A stretch of DNA of 64,000 nucleotides from Planctomycetota bacterium (lineage in GTDB: Bacteria > Planctomycetota > Planctomycetia > Pirellulales > Lacipirellulaceae), in assembly GCA_039190745.1 (NCBI GenBank), contig JBCCXZ010000005.1:35506-99505 (forward strand), written 5' to 3'. Numbering within the stretch: position 1 is the stretch's first letter; each line of letters begins with the position of its first letter. The notes beneath the pieces are model-generated. The model was given only the letters and a program-made list of their open reading frames with translations, was not told where the DNA came from and made no database searches. A program made the translations under genes and the position numbers. This document shows positions 40,418 through 49,408 of this stretch, piece by piece.

Positions 40418-41788
40418 ATGCGGAACTTGTGGGTAGGTCTTGTCGTCGCTTGCTCGCTTAGCGTCGGCGCGGTGCGTGCTGCGGAATTCGATCTGGCTGC
40501 CGCGGCTACCGCGCTGTCGGAGTATGTCCAACGGCCGGATGAGAGCTTCGCGTGGAAGAAGGTGCACGGGGGCCAGGTCGGCGGGGCGGACTACGCTGAG
40601 CTTACGCTGACCTCCCAGACGTGGCGGGGTGTCGCCTGGAAGCACCAGTTGTTTGTCATCAAGCCGAAGTCGCTCGACCCGGCGGGCAAGCAGGCGCTTC
40701 TGTACATCACGGGCGGGTCTTGGGACGAGGGCTTGGAATCGCAAGACCGCGACTATGGCCTGCCCGCGGTCGCCGGACGGTTCGCAGAGCTCGCCGAGAC
40801 GCTGCGGTCGCCGCTTGCGGTACTGCTTCAGGTGCCGCACCAGCCGATGTTCGAGGGGAAGTACGAAGACCAGATTATCGCGCACACGTTCCGCGAGTTC
40901 CTGCGGTCGGGCGAGAGCGATTGGCCGCTGCTGGCCCCGATGACGAAGGCGGCGGTGCGGGGGATGGACGCGGTTCAGCAGTTTTGCATCGAGGAGTGGT
41001 CCCACGAATTGGAGGGGTTCACGGTAACGGGCGCCTCGAAACGCGGGTGGACGACTTGGCTCGCGGCGTCGCAGGACGAACGTGTGAAGGCCCTGGCGCC
41101 GATGGTGATCGACGTGCTGCGGATGGACGCGCAGCTCGACTACCACGTGGAGTGCTGGGGCGACCACTCGTCGAAGATTTCTGACTACACGGAGCTCGGG
41201 CTGCACAAGTACCTGCGGACACCCGGTGGGCAGGCGTTGCAGGGGATTGTCGACCCGTGGAGCTATCGTGAACGGATCACCCAGCCGAAGTGGGTGATCC
41301 TCGGCACAAACGACCGGTACTGGCCGGTGGACGCGGCGAACCTTTATTGGGACGGGCTCCGCGGCCCGAAGCGGCTGCTGAACGTGCCGAACAACCGTCA
41401 CGGGTTGACCGACCTGGTGCGGGTGGCGGGGGCTGTCAACGCGTTGCATCAGAGCGTGGCCGGCGACGCCTCGTTGGCGGAAGTGCGCTGGGAGTTCGAA
41501 GAGTCGGGAGGCGTGGTTCGGCTGCGTATGGAGTGCGATCGGGAGCCCAAGCTCGTGCAGACGTGGCGGGCTCAGACAGGCGACCGAGACTTCCGCGGTG
41601 CGCTTTGGACTGCGACCGTTTGCGAGGCGGCCCAAGGCGGCTATGTGGCGGAGTTGCCGGTCCCGGGGTCCGGGCACGCCGCGATCTTCGGCGAGGCGGT
41701 GTTCGACGAGTTGGATCTGCCGTACTACGTGTCGACGACAATCCGCGTGGCGGGGGCAAGAGCGGGGGCTGCGGAGGGCGGCGAGTGA
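40418..41788 (+). CDS. PqaA-like (PhoPQ-activated pathogenicity-related) alpha/beta-hydrolase-fold secreted protein
   Basis: AGGAGG RBS; signal peptide; LTSQTW..W.H, QVP.QP, EDQIIA, PMTKA.VR.MD, VTGASKRGWTTW, IVDPWSY, GTNDRYW, VPN..H. Confidence 0.85.
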   Translation: MRNLWVGLVVACSLSVGAVRAAEFDLAAAATALSEYVQRPDESFAWKKVHGGQVGGADYAELTLTSQTWRGVAWKHQLFVIKPKSLDPAGKQALLYITGGSWDEGLESQDRDYGLPAVAGRFAELAETLRSPLAVLLQVPHQPMFEGKYEDQIIAHTFREFLRSGESDWPLLAPMTKAAVRGMDAVQQFCIEEWSHELEGFTVTGASKRGWTTWLAASQDERVKALAPMVIDVLRMDAQLDYHVECWGDHSSKISDYTELGLHKYLRTPGGQALQGIVDPWSYRERITQPKWVILGTNDRYWPVDAANLYWDGLRGPKRLLNVPNNRHGLTDLVRVAGAVNALHQSVAGDASLAEVRWEFEESGGVVRLRMECDREPKLVQTWRAQTGDRDFRGALWTATVCEAAQGGYVAELPVPGSGHAAIFGEAVFDELDLPYYVSTTIRVAGARAGAAEGGE

Positions 41789-41881
41789 GGCGGTGGTTGG
41801 CCTTTGGCCGTGTATGCAGGCTCAGCGCAATCGGGCTCTGAGAGCCCTCCTTCCGCATCGCATCCACCGCCGTGAACAGCC

Positions 41882-42490
41882 TTATGGCGAGGCCAAGGGG
41901 TTGTCGTCGTCGGAGTTGCTGAGAGCGACCGGGATGGCGATCGCGGCCGCGACCACTCCGCCCATGACGACGGGGTTGCGGAAGGGGTGGCTTCTTCGGC
42001 CGTAGCCTTGCCCGTATCCGGAACCGACCCGTGAACCGCAGTGCTGGCCGAGGGCGATGTCACTCGGTGCAACGAGCAGGAGGCCCGTCTGTGCGTTGGG
42101 CGGCTGCGTGCCTGGCGCCCAAGCCCGGCAGAAGGTGGTTTGCCCGGCTGCCTCGACGCGGTGGAGGCCGCCTTCGAGGCCGGCGATGGCGAAGCGGCCG
42201 TTGGCGTCGGTGGTCGTTCGGCTCTGTCCTTTGCGGCTCGCGGCGACAACGGCGACGCCTGGGAGCGAGGCCCCTTTGGCGTCGGTGATTTGGCCGGTCA
42301 AGACGCCGCCTTGCTGCAGGCCGACGTCGGCGATGCTGGCGGCGGGCTGCTTGGTAACCGGTTGTTTGACAGCGGGCGGGCTGCCAGCAGCCCGGCTCTC
42401 CTGCGCGGCCTGCGTCAGTGCGGGCTGGAGCACCACAGAGAGCACTGCGAGTGAGGCGGTGATTCTAGAAAACGGCGATGCGACGAACAT
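41882..42490 (-). CDS. Secreted carboxypeptidase-regulatory-like (beta-sandwich) domain protein
   Basis: Signal peptide; DVGLQQGGVLTGQITDAKG, TTDANGRFAIAGLEGG, RAWAPGTQPP; C-terminal AAAIAIPVAL + DDD. Confidence 0.75.
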   Translation of the reverse strand: MFVASPFSRITASLAVLSVVLQPALTQAAQESRAAGSPPAVKQPVTKQPAASIADVGLQQGGVLTGQITDAKGASLPGVAVVAASRKGQSRTTTDANGRFAIAGLEGGLHRVEAAGQTTFCRAWAPGTQPPNAQTGLLLVAPSDIALGQHCGSRVGSGYGQGYGRRSHPFRNPVVMGGVVAAAIAIPVALSNSDDDNPLASP

Positions 42491-42686
42491 GGCGGGGCTC
42501 CTGTTGGCATGCCCTGCGAACGACCGCGGCCTGGGCGCCGGGGTCGCGGCGTCAGTGATTGTTGGAAAAGACGAAACAGCACTTTGCCCACGAGGCGCCC
42601 CACGGTCGAACCGCGAGTGCATCTGGGGTTTGGCTTGAAGACAAGTGCGGCCTCGGCGTGTGAAAACCGAAGCCCATAATGAATAT

Positions 42687-42723
42687 CGGCCCCGCGGCGT
42701 CCGGACTGGACTCCGCGGGGCCG
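42687..42723 (-). terminator. GC-rich hairpin between the two paralogues
   Basis: CGGCCCCGCGG-c-GTCC-ggact-GGAC-t-CCGCGGGGCCG, followed by an AT-rich tract on the minus strand. Confidence 0.6.
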
Positions 42724-42754
42724 GATTAGGTCAACTTTTCCGCTTGGCTGGAGA

Positions 42755-43288
42755 TCAGCTCGCGGGGGGATCGTCGTCGTCGTCGCTGACGGCGATGGGG
42801 ATCGCGATCGCGGCGGCGATGCCGGCGCCGGTCAGGATCGGGTGCTTGGTGACGAAGTCGATCACCGGGCCGAACGGCCCCGAGGGCCCGCCGTACTGAC
42901 CGAGGGCGAAGTCACCCTTGGAGACCAGCATGATGCCCTGCTTGGCGGCCGGGGGCGCGGTCTCGGGGGCCCAAAGGCGGTAGGCTCCGACATTGCCCGC
43001 AGAAGCGACGTGGTAGACGCCTCCCTTGAGGCCCTGGACGGCGAACTTACCGCTCTTGTCGGTCTTTACCTGAGCGACGTTCTTACCCTGGGAAAAGACC
43101 CAGACGGGGGCAGACTGCACCGAGGCGCCCTTGGCGTCGGTGATCTGACCGACGAGGACGCCGCCTTTCTGGAGGCTTACGTCGGCGGTCTTGGGGGCGG
43201 CTACGGTGGCAGCGGCGGCGGTGGGTGCTAGCTGCATCCCGACCACGGCCAGTGCTGCTGCGACGGATCCCAGCTTCGCAATTTTCAT
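42755..43288 (-). CDS. Secreted carboxypeptidase-regulatory-like domain protein (tandem paralogue of 41882-42490)
   Basis: RBS AAAGGA; DVSLQKGGVLVGQITDAKG, KTDKSGKFAVQGLKGG, RLWAPETAPP, AAAIAIPIAVSDDDDD. Confidence 0.8.
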   Translation of the reverse strand: MKIAKLGSVAAALAVVGMQLAPTAAAATVAAPKTADVSLQKGGVLVGQITDAKGASVQSAPVWVFSQGKNVAQVKTDKSGKFAVQGLKGGVYHVASAGNVGAYRLWAPETAPPAAKQGIMLVSKGDFALGQYGGPSGPFGPVIDFVTKHPILTGAGIAAAIAIPIAVSDDDDDPPAS

Positions 43289-43569
43289 TTTCGTCATCCT
43301 TTGACTAGTGGGGCCCTGCTTGGGCACACGAGACGAGCAGAACGTGCGGGCTTGAACGCCCGCTGCGTGATCGACTCAACCGGTTTCGCCCCCCCGCGGA
43401 GCTCAACAGACTCTAGCTTTTGTGGCGGCCCTTCCATGGCCGACGGCGACGCTCTAGCGCCGAGCGATTGCACTCTGGTTCGGTTTATCGACTGGGCAGA
43501 CTACGCGACTTCAGTGAATGTGTTGTTGGGCGGCGCCTTCTGATCGCTGCTTGTTGCTTGCTGCGGCTC

Positions 43570-44382
43570 TCAGGCCCTCCAGTTTCGGAAGTGCTGGGTC
43601 ATGCGGTCTTCCAGTTGGGGAACGGCCTCGCGGAGCCTTTCGGAAAGCTTGCCCGGCGGCTGGCCTCGTTGGATGTCGGCCAGGTAGTGGACCAACGCCC
43701 GATGGGCGGGCACGGGGCCGTGGAGCATGAAGTGGACCCAGGCCCAGGCGAAGCGGTACTCGGCCCCTCCCATATCTTGCAGGTCGCGAGCGTCTTCGAG
43801 GGATTCCACCGTCTGGATCATCCCCAGGCGGAGGTTCCAGCGGAGCTTGTCGAGGTGCGGGTGATGGAAGGCGCGCCGGCTTTCGGGCATCTCGAAGTAC
43901 TCGGCGAGCCCCTCGTCGAGCCATAGCGGCACCATCGGGAAGCTGGCGTGCAGCAACGCGTGGGTACACTCGTGGCGGAGGTCGATCGGCAGCTCCGGGT
44001 GCCGGTAGGCGAGGACGCTGGCGTGGTCGTTGCGTTGGAGGTACAGGGCGCGGCGGTAGGGCGTGCGGGGCAGGTGCTGGTGGCAGTAGTCGCGGTGCTG
44101 GCGTTCGCTGCTGAATAGCAGAACGTCGACCGATTCGGTCCCCGGCGGCAGCGCGAGCGTGCGGCGGAGTTCACGCTCGAGCGAGGCGAGCTCGCGGAAC
44201 ATCGGCTTGAGCGGCTCGAGCGGGAACGTAGCCCGGCAGTGGAATGGCGGGTAGGTCTGGAAGTCGGTCCAACGGGCCGCCGAGGCGTGCACGGTATTGG
44301 CCAAGCAGCAAACGCCGGCGAGGGCGCCGCCGGCGGTGAGGCAGCTGCTTCTGAGGAAGCCGCGTCGGGTGAAGGGCGCCAT
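43570..44382 (-). CDS. Tat-exported zincin-type metallopeptidase-like protein (DUF1570-like)
   Basis: TRRGFL Tat motif; LRHECTHALL (HExxH); PLWLDEGLAEYFE; Y..AWAWVHFML. Start overlaps the upstream stop. Confidence 0.8.
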   Translation of the reverse strand: MAPFTRRGFLRSSCLTAGGALAGVCCLANTVHASAARWTDFQTYPPFHCRATFPLEPLKPMFRELASLERELRRTLALPPGTESVDVLLFSSERQHRDYCHQHLPRTPYRRALYLQRNDHASVLAYRHPELPIDLRHECTHALLHASFPMVPLWLDEGLAEYFEMPESRRAFHHPHLDKLRWNLRLGMIQTVESLEDARDLQDMGGAEYRFAWAWVHFMLHGPVPAHRALVHYLADIQRGQPPGKLSERLREAVPQLEDRMTQHFRNWRA

Positions 44383-45176
44383 CAGCCGGCCCTCCTTCCG
44401 GAGAACAGCCCGCGGAAGCCGCGTTTGCGGACGGGCATCACCCCGGGGGGGACGCTTTCGCCGCGGGCGATGCGGGAGGGGTTCTCGCAGAACATGGCCA
44501 GGCACGTGGCCTCGGGGGCGAGCTCGACGGCGCGCTCGTAGGCGCGGCGCATGAGCGGCCGGCGTTTGACGATGCCGTGGGCGTCTGTGGAGATGAAGTG
44601 CACCAAGCCCCGGGCGAGCATGCTCTCGGCGAGCTGCTGGCTGTGCGGGCCGAAGGTGCCCATCAGGCTGCCGGCGGTGACCTGCATCAGGCAGCCGTAG
44701 TCGACAAGGCTCGGCAGCAGGCTGGGTGTGCGGAGGATTCCGTGGTTGCGTTCCGGGTGGGAGAGGATGCCGGTGATGCCGCGGGCGGAGAGTTCATCGA
44801 GCAGCGGTTCGAGCGGGAAGTAGAGCTCGTGGGGCAGCTCGAGCAGCACGTGCCGGCCGAGGTCGCCGAGGGAGAGGACCTCGCCTGCGACGAGTTGTTC
44901 CACCATGCCTTCTTCGATACGCACATCGCCGCCGGGGGCGATACGCAGGGGGATCTGCTCTCGGTCGAGTTCGGCCTGCAGCTCGGCGGTGAGGCGGCGG
45001 ATGTCGTCGCCGGTGTTGTGTGCGTAGGAACCGAGTTGGTGGGGCGTGACGACGATCTCACGCGTGCCCTCGGCCACGGCCATGCGGGCCATGGCGAGCG
45101 ATTCCTGCAGGTCGCGGGCGCCGTCGTCGATGCCCGGGAGCAGGTGGCAGTGGATGTCGGTAAACGCTAGGGGCAT
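44382..45176 (-). CDS. CpsB/CapC/YwqE family PHP-type tyrosine-protein phosphatase
   Basis: DIHCHLLPGIDDGA, VTPH, LLELP, LSHPERN, QVTAGSL.G.FG, STDAH. Confidence 0.92.
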   Translation of the reverse strand: MPLAFTDIHCHLLPGIDDGARDLQESLAMARMAVAEGTREIVVTPHQLGSYAHNTGDDIRRLTAELQAELDREQIPLRIAPGGDVRIEEGMVEQLVAGEVLSLGDLGRHVLLELPHELYFPLEPLLDELSARGITGILSHPERNHGILRTPSLLPSLVDYGCLMQVTAGSLMGTFGPHSQQLAESMLARGLVHFISTDAHGIVKRRPLMRRAYERAVELAPEATCLAMFCENPSRIARGESVPPGVMPVRKRGFRGLFSGRRAG

Positions 45177-45531
45177 GGCGTAGGCGCTGGGTGCTCACCC
45201 CGTGATGGATCCAAACCAGAAAAGTAGCGCTGCGCAAGCGGCGCCGGGTCGAAAAGCGGGCGGGAGTATAGCGGCGCCGGTGGGGCGGTCAAGCCGGGTT
45301 GAGGGCTTGCCGGCTGAGCCGATTTAGAGAAGAGGATCGACGATGGATGTGATCAGAGATTGTTGATCTAAGATTGCAGATCGGAGAAGGGATGAGACAA
45401 GCTGTGGACGCCGAATTGGCGTGCATGCAACGATGGCAACCCAGTTGCTTACGCCTTCTCTTGCCTCTCTCCCTTCATCTCCAACATCCTCGCTATCTCC
45501 TACCTCCGAGACAGCTCAGCTAGAGAGAAGA

Positions 45532-46434
45532 CTAGAAGCTGAGCATCTTCTGGTACTCTTCCAGGCGGGTTTCGATCTGGTCTCGAGAGATCTGCTGCAC
45601 GCCCTCTAGTCCGAAGCCCTCGACGTTGAAGCTGGCGACCAGCGTGCCGTAGGCGAGGGCCTTCTTGAGCGTGGCAGCGTCGAAGCGGTCTTGCTCGGCG
45701 AGGTAGCCCATCATGCCGCCGGCAAAGCTGTCGCCGGCGCCGGTGGGGTCGACGACATTCTCGGTGGGGAAGGCTGGGAGGACGTAGGTTTCGTCCTCGC
45801 CGAAGAACATAGCGCCGTGTTCGCCCTTCTTGATGACGACGAACTTGGGGCCCATCTCGCGGACCTTGTGACCGGCGAGCACGAGGTTCTCCATTCCGGT
45901 AAGCAGCTTGGCCTCGCTGTCGTTGAGAACCAATCCGTCGAGCATGCCGAGCAGTTTATCGAGGTCGTCACGCTGGGTGTTGATCCAGAGGTCCATCGTG
46001 TCGGCGACGGCGAGCTTGCGGTCGGGCGTCTGCTCGAGGACCTTCATCTGCACGGCCGGCACGCCGTTGGCGAGGAAGACGTACTTCGCCTTGCGGTAGC
46101 TTTCCGGCAGGACGGGGTTGAACTCGCCGAACACGTTGAGCTGCACGTCGAGCGTGTCGCGGTCGTTCATGTTGTCGTGGTAGCGGCCGGTCCAGGTGAA
46201 GGTCTCGCCGCCCTCGATCTGCTGCAGCCCGGAGGTGTCGATGCCGCGGCCGTTGAGCAGCTCGGTGTGCTGCTGTGGCCAGTCTTCTCCCACAACGCCG
46301 ACCAAGCGGACGGCGGTAAAGAAGCTGGCTGCATAAGAAAAGTGGGTGGCAGAGCCGCCCAGCAGGTCGTCGCGACGCTCTTGGGGCGTTTCGACGTTAT
46401 CGATGGCGACCGATCCGACAACAACAAGGGGCAT
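45532..46434 (-). CDS. PfkB family carbohydrate/nucleoside kinase
   Basis: VVGSVAID.VETP, LGGSA, LNDSEA, IKKGEHGA, VDPTGAGDSFAGG. Confidence 0.92.
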   Translation of the reverse strand: MPLVVVGSVAIDNVETPQERRDDLLGGSATHFSYAASFFTAVRLVGVVGEDWPQQHTELLNGRGIDTSGLQQIEGGETFTWTGRYHDNMNDRDTLDVQLNVFGEFNPVLPESYRKAKYVFLANGVPAVQMKVLEQTPDRKLAVADTMDLWINTQRDDLDKLLGMLDGLVLNDSEAKLLTGMENLVLAGHKVREMGPKFVVIKKGEHGAMFFGEDETYVLPAFPTENVVDPTGAGDSFAGGMMGYLAEQDRFDAATLKKALAYGTLVASFNVEGFGLEGVQQISRDQIETRLEEYQKMLSF

Positions 46435-46538
46435 GGCTTTGGCGGGGCTTGGAAGGGGTGCTGGAGGTTGGAGAGGACGCCGACGGCGGCCGACTGGCTT
46501 GGAGTAGCCCGGCAGTATGGGGGGTGCGGGGCGAGTGT

Positions 46539-47159
46539 TCAAGCCGCGGCAGGGAGGTGACCGCCCGCAACGAGCGCCTCGTAGGCGGTTTCTGCGAGCC
46601 GCCGTGTGCCTGCAGCGTCGGGGTGCACGCCATCGGGAAAGCGGTCGGGCCGATCGGCCAAGGGCGTGTAGAAGTCGATCGAGACTTCGCGGGTCTCGGC
46701 GGCGATCTGTTCGACCGTCGGTCGGATAAACTCGTCGAGGGTCCGGAGGTCGAGCGCGTCTTCCGGCCCAAACGCGGGGGCTGGCAGGCCGACAAGGACT
46801 GCCGGCTTCGACACAAGGCCGTGGAAGTGGGCCACGAGGTCGCGATAGTCTGCCTCGAACCGATCAAGCGTGTGACGGTTGGCGTGCTGGGCGTCGTTCA
46901 CGCCGAGGAGCAGGATGACCAGCTCGGGCTGGTAACGTGTGGCGTCGCCGAAGGCTGTGGTCTGCCAGTAGGGTTCGTTGCCGTCGCGGGCGGCGGTGGC
47001 GCCGCTGTAGCCGTAGTTGCGCACGCGGGCGGCGTCGCCGGCGAGGGTTTGCAGCACGGAGGGGTAGGCCTCCTCGCGGCGGTTCTCAAGGCCGAAGCCG
47101 AAGGTGGTGCTGTCGCCGACGCAGGCGATACGCAGCGGCTCGACAGAGTCGGTGTTCAC
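46539..47159 (-). CDS. SGNH/GDSL hydrolase (esterase)
   Basis: CVGDSTTFG (block I), NYGYSG, LGVND, PDGVHP. Confidence 0.92.
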   Translation of the reverse strand: MNTDSVEPLRIACVGDSTTFGFGLENRREEAYPSVLQTLAGDAARVRNYGYSGATAARDGNEPYWQTTAFGDATRYQPELVILLLGVNDAQHANRHTLDRFEADYRDLVAHFHGLVSKPAVLVGLPAPAFGPEDALDLRTLDEFIRPTVEQIAAETREVSIDFYTPLADRPDRFPDGVHPDAAGTRRLAETAYEALVAGGHLPAAA

Positions 47160-48865
47160 GGGCGTCGGATCTCTTCGAGGCCATCGACCGAGAGGTACTT
47201 GGCAAGCTCACCGGGGTCGATGTCTAGCGGAATCGATTCGACGTGCCCGTCGACGAAGCCGGCGACAAACACTTTGGGGTGCAACCCGCCCAACCCCTTG
47301 AGCGGTTGCTTCGGATCGGGCTGCCAGTCGTTGGGCTTGGTCCAGATCGGAGCCCGGTCGTCGCTGACCTGCACGATCGCGACGCTGTTCGATAAGCCGT
47401 CGACCATCTCCCGGATCTCGCGGCCCTTCGCGGTTCCGCTGAAGAAGGCCTTAGGGCCAAGAACGCCGACATAGCTCGTGCGGCCTTCGCTCGGGGCGAG
47501 TTTCGAGCTGGGGTCGAGGAACACCTCGGGCATCTGCGAGATCAGCTGCTTGTTGTGCTCGCTGTCCCACGGCTCGTCGAGGCGGAACTCGCCGTACACG
47601 CCTGGGTCGTCCAGGTACGGAAGGATCTGCACGCGCCAGCTCAAGAGCGGCTTGCCGGCGTCGTCGTAGACGGCGTGGGCCGGGAAGCGTCGGTTTGCGC
47701 TCTCGTAGTTATACAAACCGAGAAGCAGGTTCTTGATGTCGTTCTGGGCGCTGTTGCGGCGGGCGGCTTCGCGGGCGGCCTGCACGGCGGGGAGCAGCAG
47801 GCCGACCAAGACGCCGATAATGGCAACGTTCACTAAGCTGCCGGTCTGGGCGTTGCCGAACTCTTCGGGCACGCTCAGCAGCGTGAACCGCAGGCCGTCG
47901 CGGTTTGGGCGGAGTTGTTTGGCCCAGTCGGGTGCGACACGCATCTGGTAACGGCCCATCGCCTGCATGACCGGGTCTTCACTCGCGAGAAGGTCGGCTG
48001 TCTGGGCCGTGATCTGTGCGTCGTAGAGCTGCAGGGCTTCGTCGAGCAGCTCGTCGATCCGGTCGGCGTCCGCCTCGTCGTTAGCGACGGCGACTAGTTC
48101 GGTTGGGCCGCCGCCGGAGAGGCTCAAGCGGACCTCGGCCCTGGAGAGCAACGAGGGGACCTCCAGGAACTGATGGTACTCCTGCGGCACCTCCTCGTAG
48201 AGCTGCCCCATTCCCATCTGGATCAGTGCACTCAGGCGGACAAGGTCAACAGCGATAGCCGCGTCGTCCGACGCCGATTCGCTGAACCACTTGCCGAGCT
48301 GGCCCTTTAGCTTCGGGCCTCGATCGTTGAGGAATCGCTCCATAGCGCGTTCGCTGGCTGCGATCACGACGTTCGGGGCGGGTTGGTAGTAGCTGGGCTG
48401 ATTGGGTCGCGGGCTCTTGAGGTAGGTCTTGCCGCCCGCGGAGTCCTCGACGTGCTGCGGCAGCCGGGCCTGGACACTCGACAGGTCAAAGTCTTTTGTG
48501 AAGGTCACCTGCCCGGCGTAGTCGAATGTGTCGCCCATCGGCACGCCGATGGTTATCAGCACCGATTCGACTTCAACCGGGTCGAAGCCGAGCTGTTGCA
48601 AGCCGAAGGCGGTGACGACTTCGACGGGGAGCGGCTTTGCAAACTCGGAAGTGAGTAACTGCCGCGGCCGGAGTACCGCGGCGGCGCAGGCTCCAGGAGC
48701 GATGTAAGTGGGTTCGATCTGAGCGGGTCCGACGGCGGCTTCAGGAGAAGCCTGCTCCTGCGCGTTGGCCAAATGACACAAGCATGGTTGAAGCGTCATC
48801 AGCAAGGCAAGGAGGCAGGACAGCAGCCGTACCCTAAACCCGATGCGGGCGTGAGAGAAAGGCAT
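47156..48865 (-). CDS. DUF1559 domain protein with long secreted N-terminal extension
   Basis: Signal peptide; internal IIGVLVGLLLPAVQAAREAARRN..QN..K, LSWRVQILPY, LDEPWDSEHN, DGLSN, WTKP.D, F.DGHV. Confidence 0.88.
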   Translation of the reverse strand: MPFSHARIGFRVRLLSCLLALLMTLQPCLCHLANAQEQASPEAAVGPAQIEPTYIAPGACAAAVLRPRQLLTSEFAKPLPVEVVTAFGLQQLGFDPVEVESVLITIGVPMGDTFDYAGQVTFTKDFDLSSVQARLPQHVEDSAGGKTYLKSPRPNQPSYYQPAPNVVIAASERAMERFLNDRGPKLKGQLGKWFSESASDDAAIAVDLVRLSALIQMGMGQLYEEVPQEYHQFLEVPSLLSRAEVRLSLSGGGPTELVAVANDEADADRIDELLDEALQLYDAQITAQTADLLASEDPVMQAMGRYQMRVAPDWAKQLRPNRDGLRFTLLSVPEEFGNAQTGSLVNVAIIGVLVGLLLPAVQAAREAARRNSAQNDIKNLLLGLYNYESANRRFPAHAVYDDAGKPLLSWRVQILPYLDDPGVYGEFRLDEPWDSEHNKQLISQMPEVFLDPSSKLAPSEGRTSYVGVLGPKAFFSGTAKGREIREMVDGLSNSVAIVQVSDDRAPIWTKPNDWQPDPKQPLKGLGGLHPKVFVAGFVDGHVESIPLDIDPGELAKYLSVDGLEEIRRP

Positions 48866-48911
48866 CACTAACACTTGTGGGCACTCCTTTGAGTTTTGTC
48901 TGCTTCACTGT

Positions 48912-48943
48912 TGTCGGGGATGTCGAGTGTCGGGGATGTCGAG
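48912..48943. repeat. Perfect 16-bp tandem duplication
   Basis: TGTCGGGGATGTCGAG x2, upstream of the DUF1559 gene. Confidence 0.8.
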
Positions 48944-49408
48944 CCGATCGGAAGCCTGGCACTCTTCTACCCGTTCTTCGAGTTACGGTAAAGCTAAGGC
49001 TTCCCAGGCGAAAACCTCTGCTCTAGCGGTTCAGTTTGCTGCCTAGGCGAAGAAGAACCTTCGGCTTTCGACGTAGCAGACGCATGTTCCTGAAGCTTTC
49101 TTAGTTCGCCAGACGCAGTCCTTCGGCGCATCAAGTGCGAACGCACGATGAACATGGAAGTGCGGTTCCGCATTGAAGCACGGCGCGGCGACCTTGCTGG
49201 GGTCTTTGGAGCTGCCGCCACGGCCGTTCAAAAGTCTTTACCTACAAAGGGATAGACCTGAAACAGGATCATTTTTCCCTCAAAAAACACCATAAAAAAC
49301 TTGATCCCAGCGTCAAGACCCGTCATAAGTGTGCCGCGTCGTGATCTAGGAGAATTGGTCGCTTGCTAACCTGTGAATCATGGAGGTTGTCTCTACGGGA
49401 ACACCCTG

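Noticed and set aside
45300..45530. Purine-rich then pyrimidine-rich intergenic tract as a possible sRNA
   Set aside because: Only loose low-complexity complementarity, with no convincing helices or promoter.
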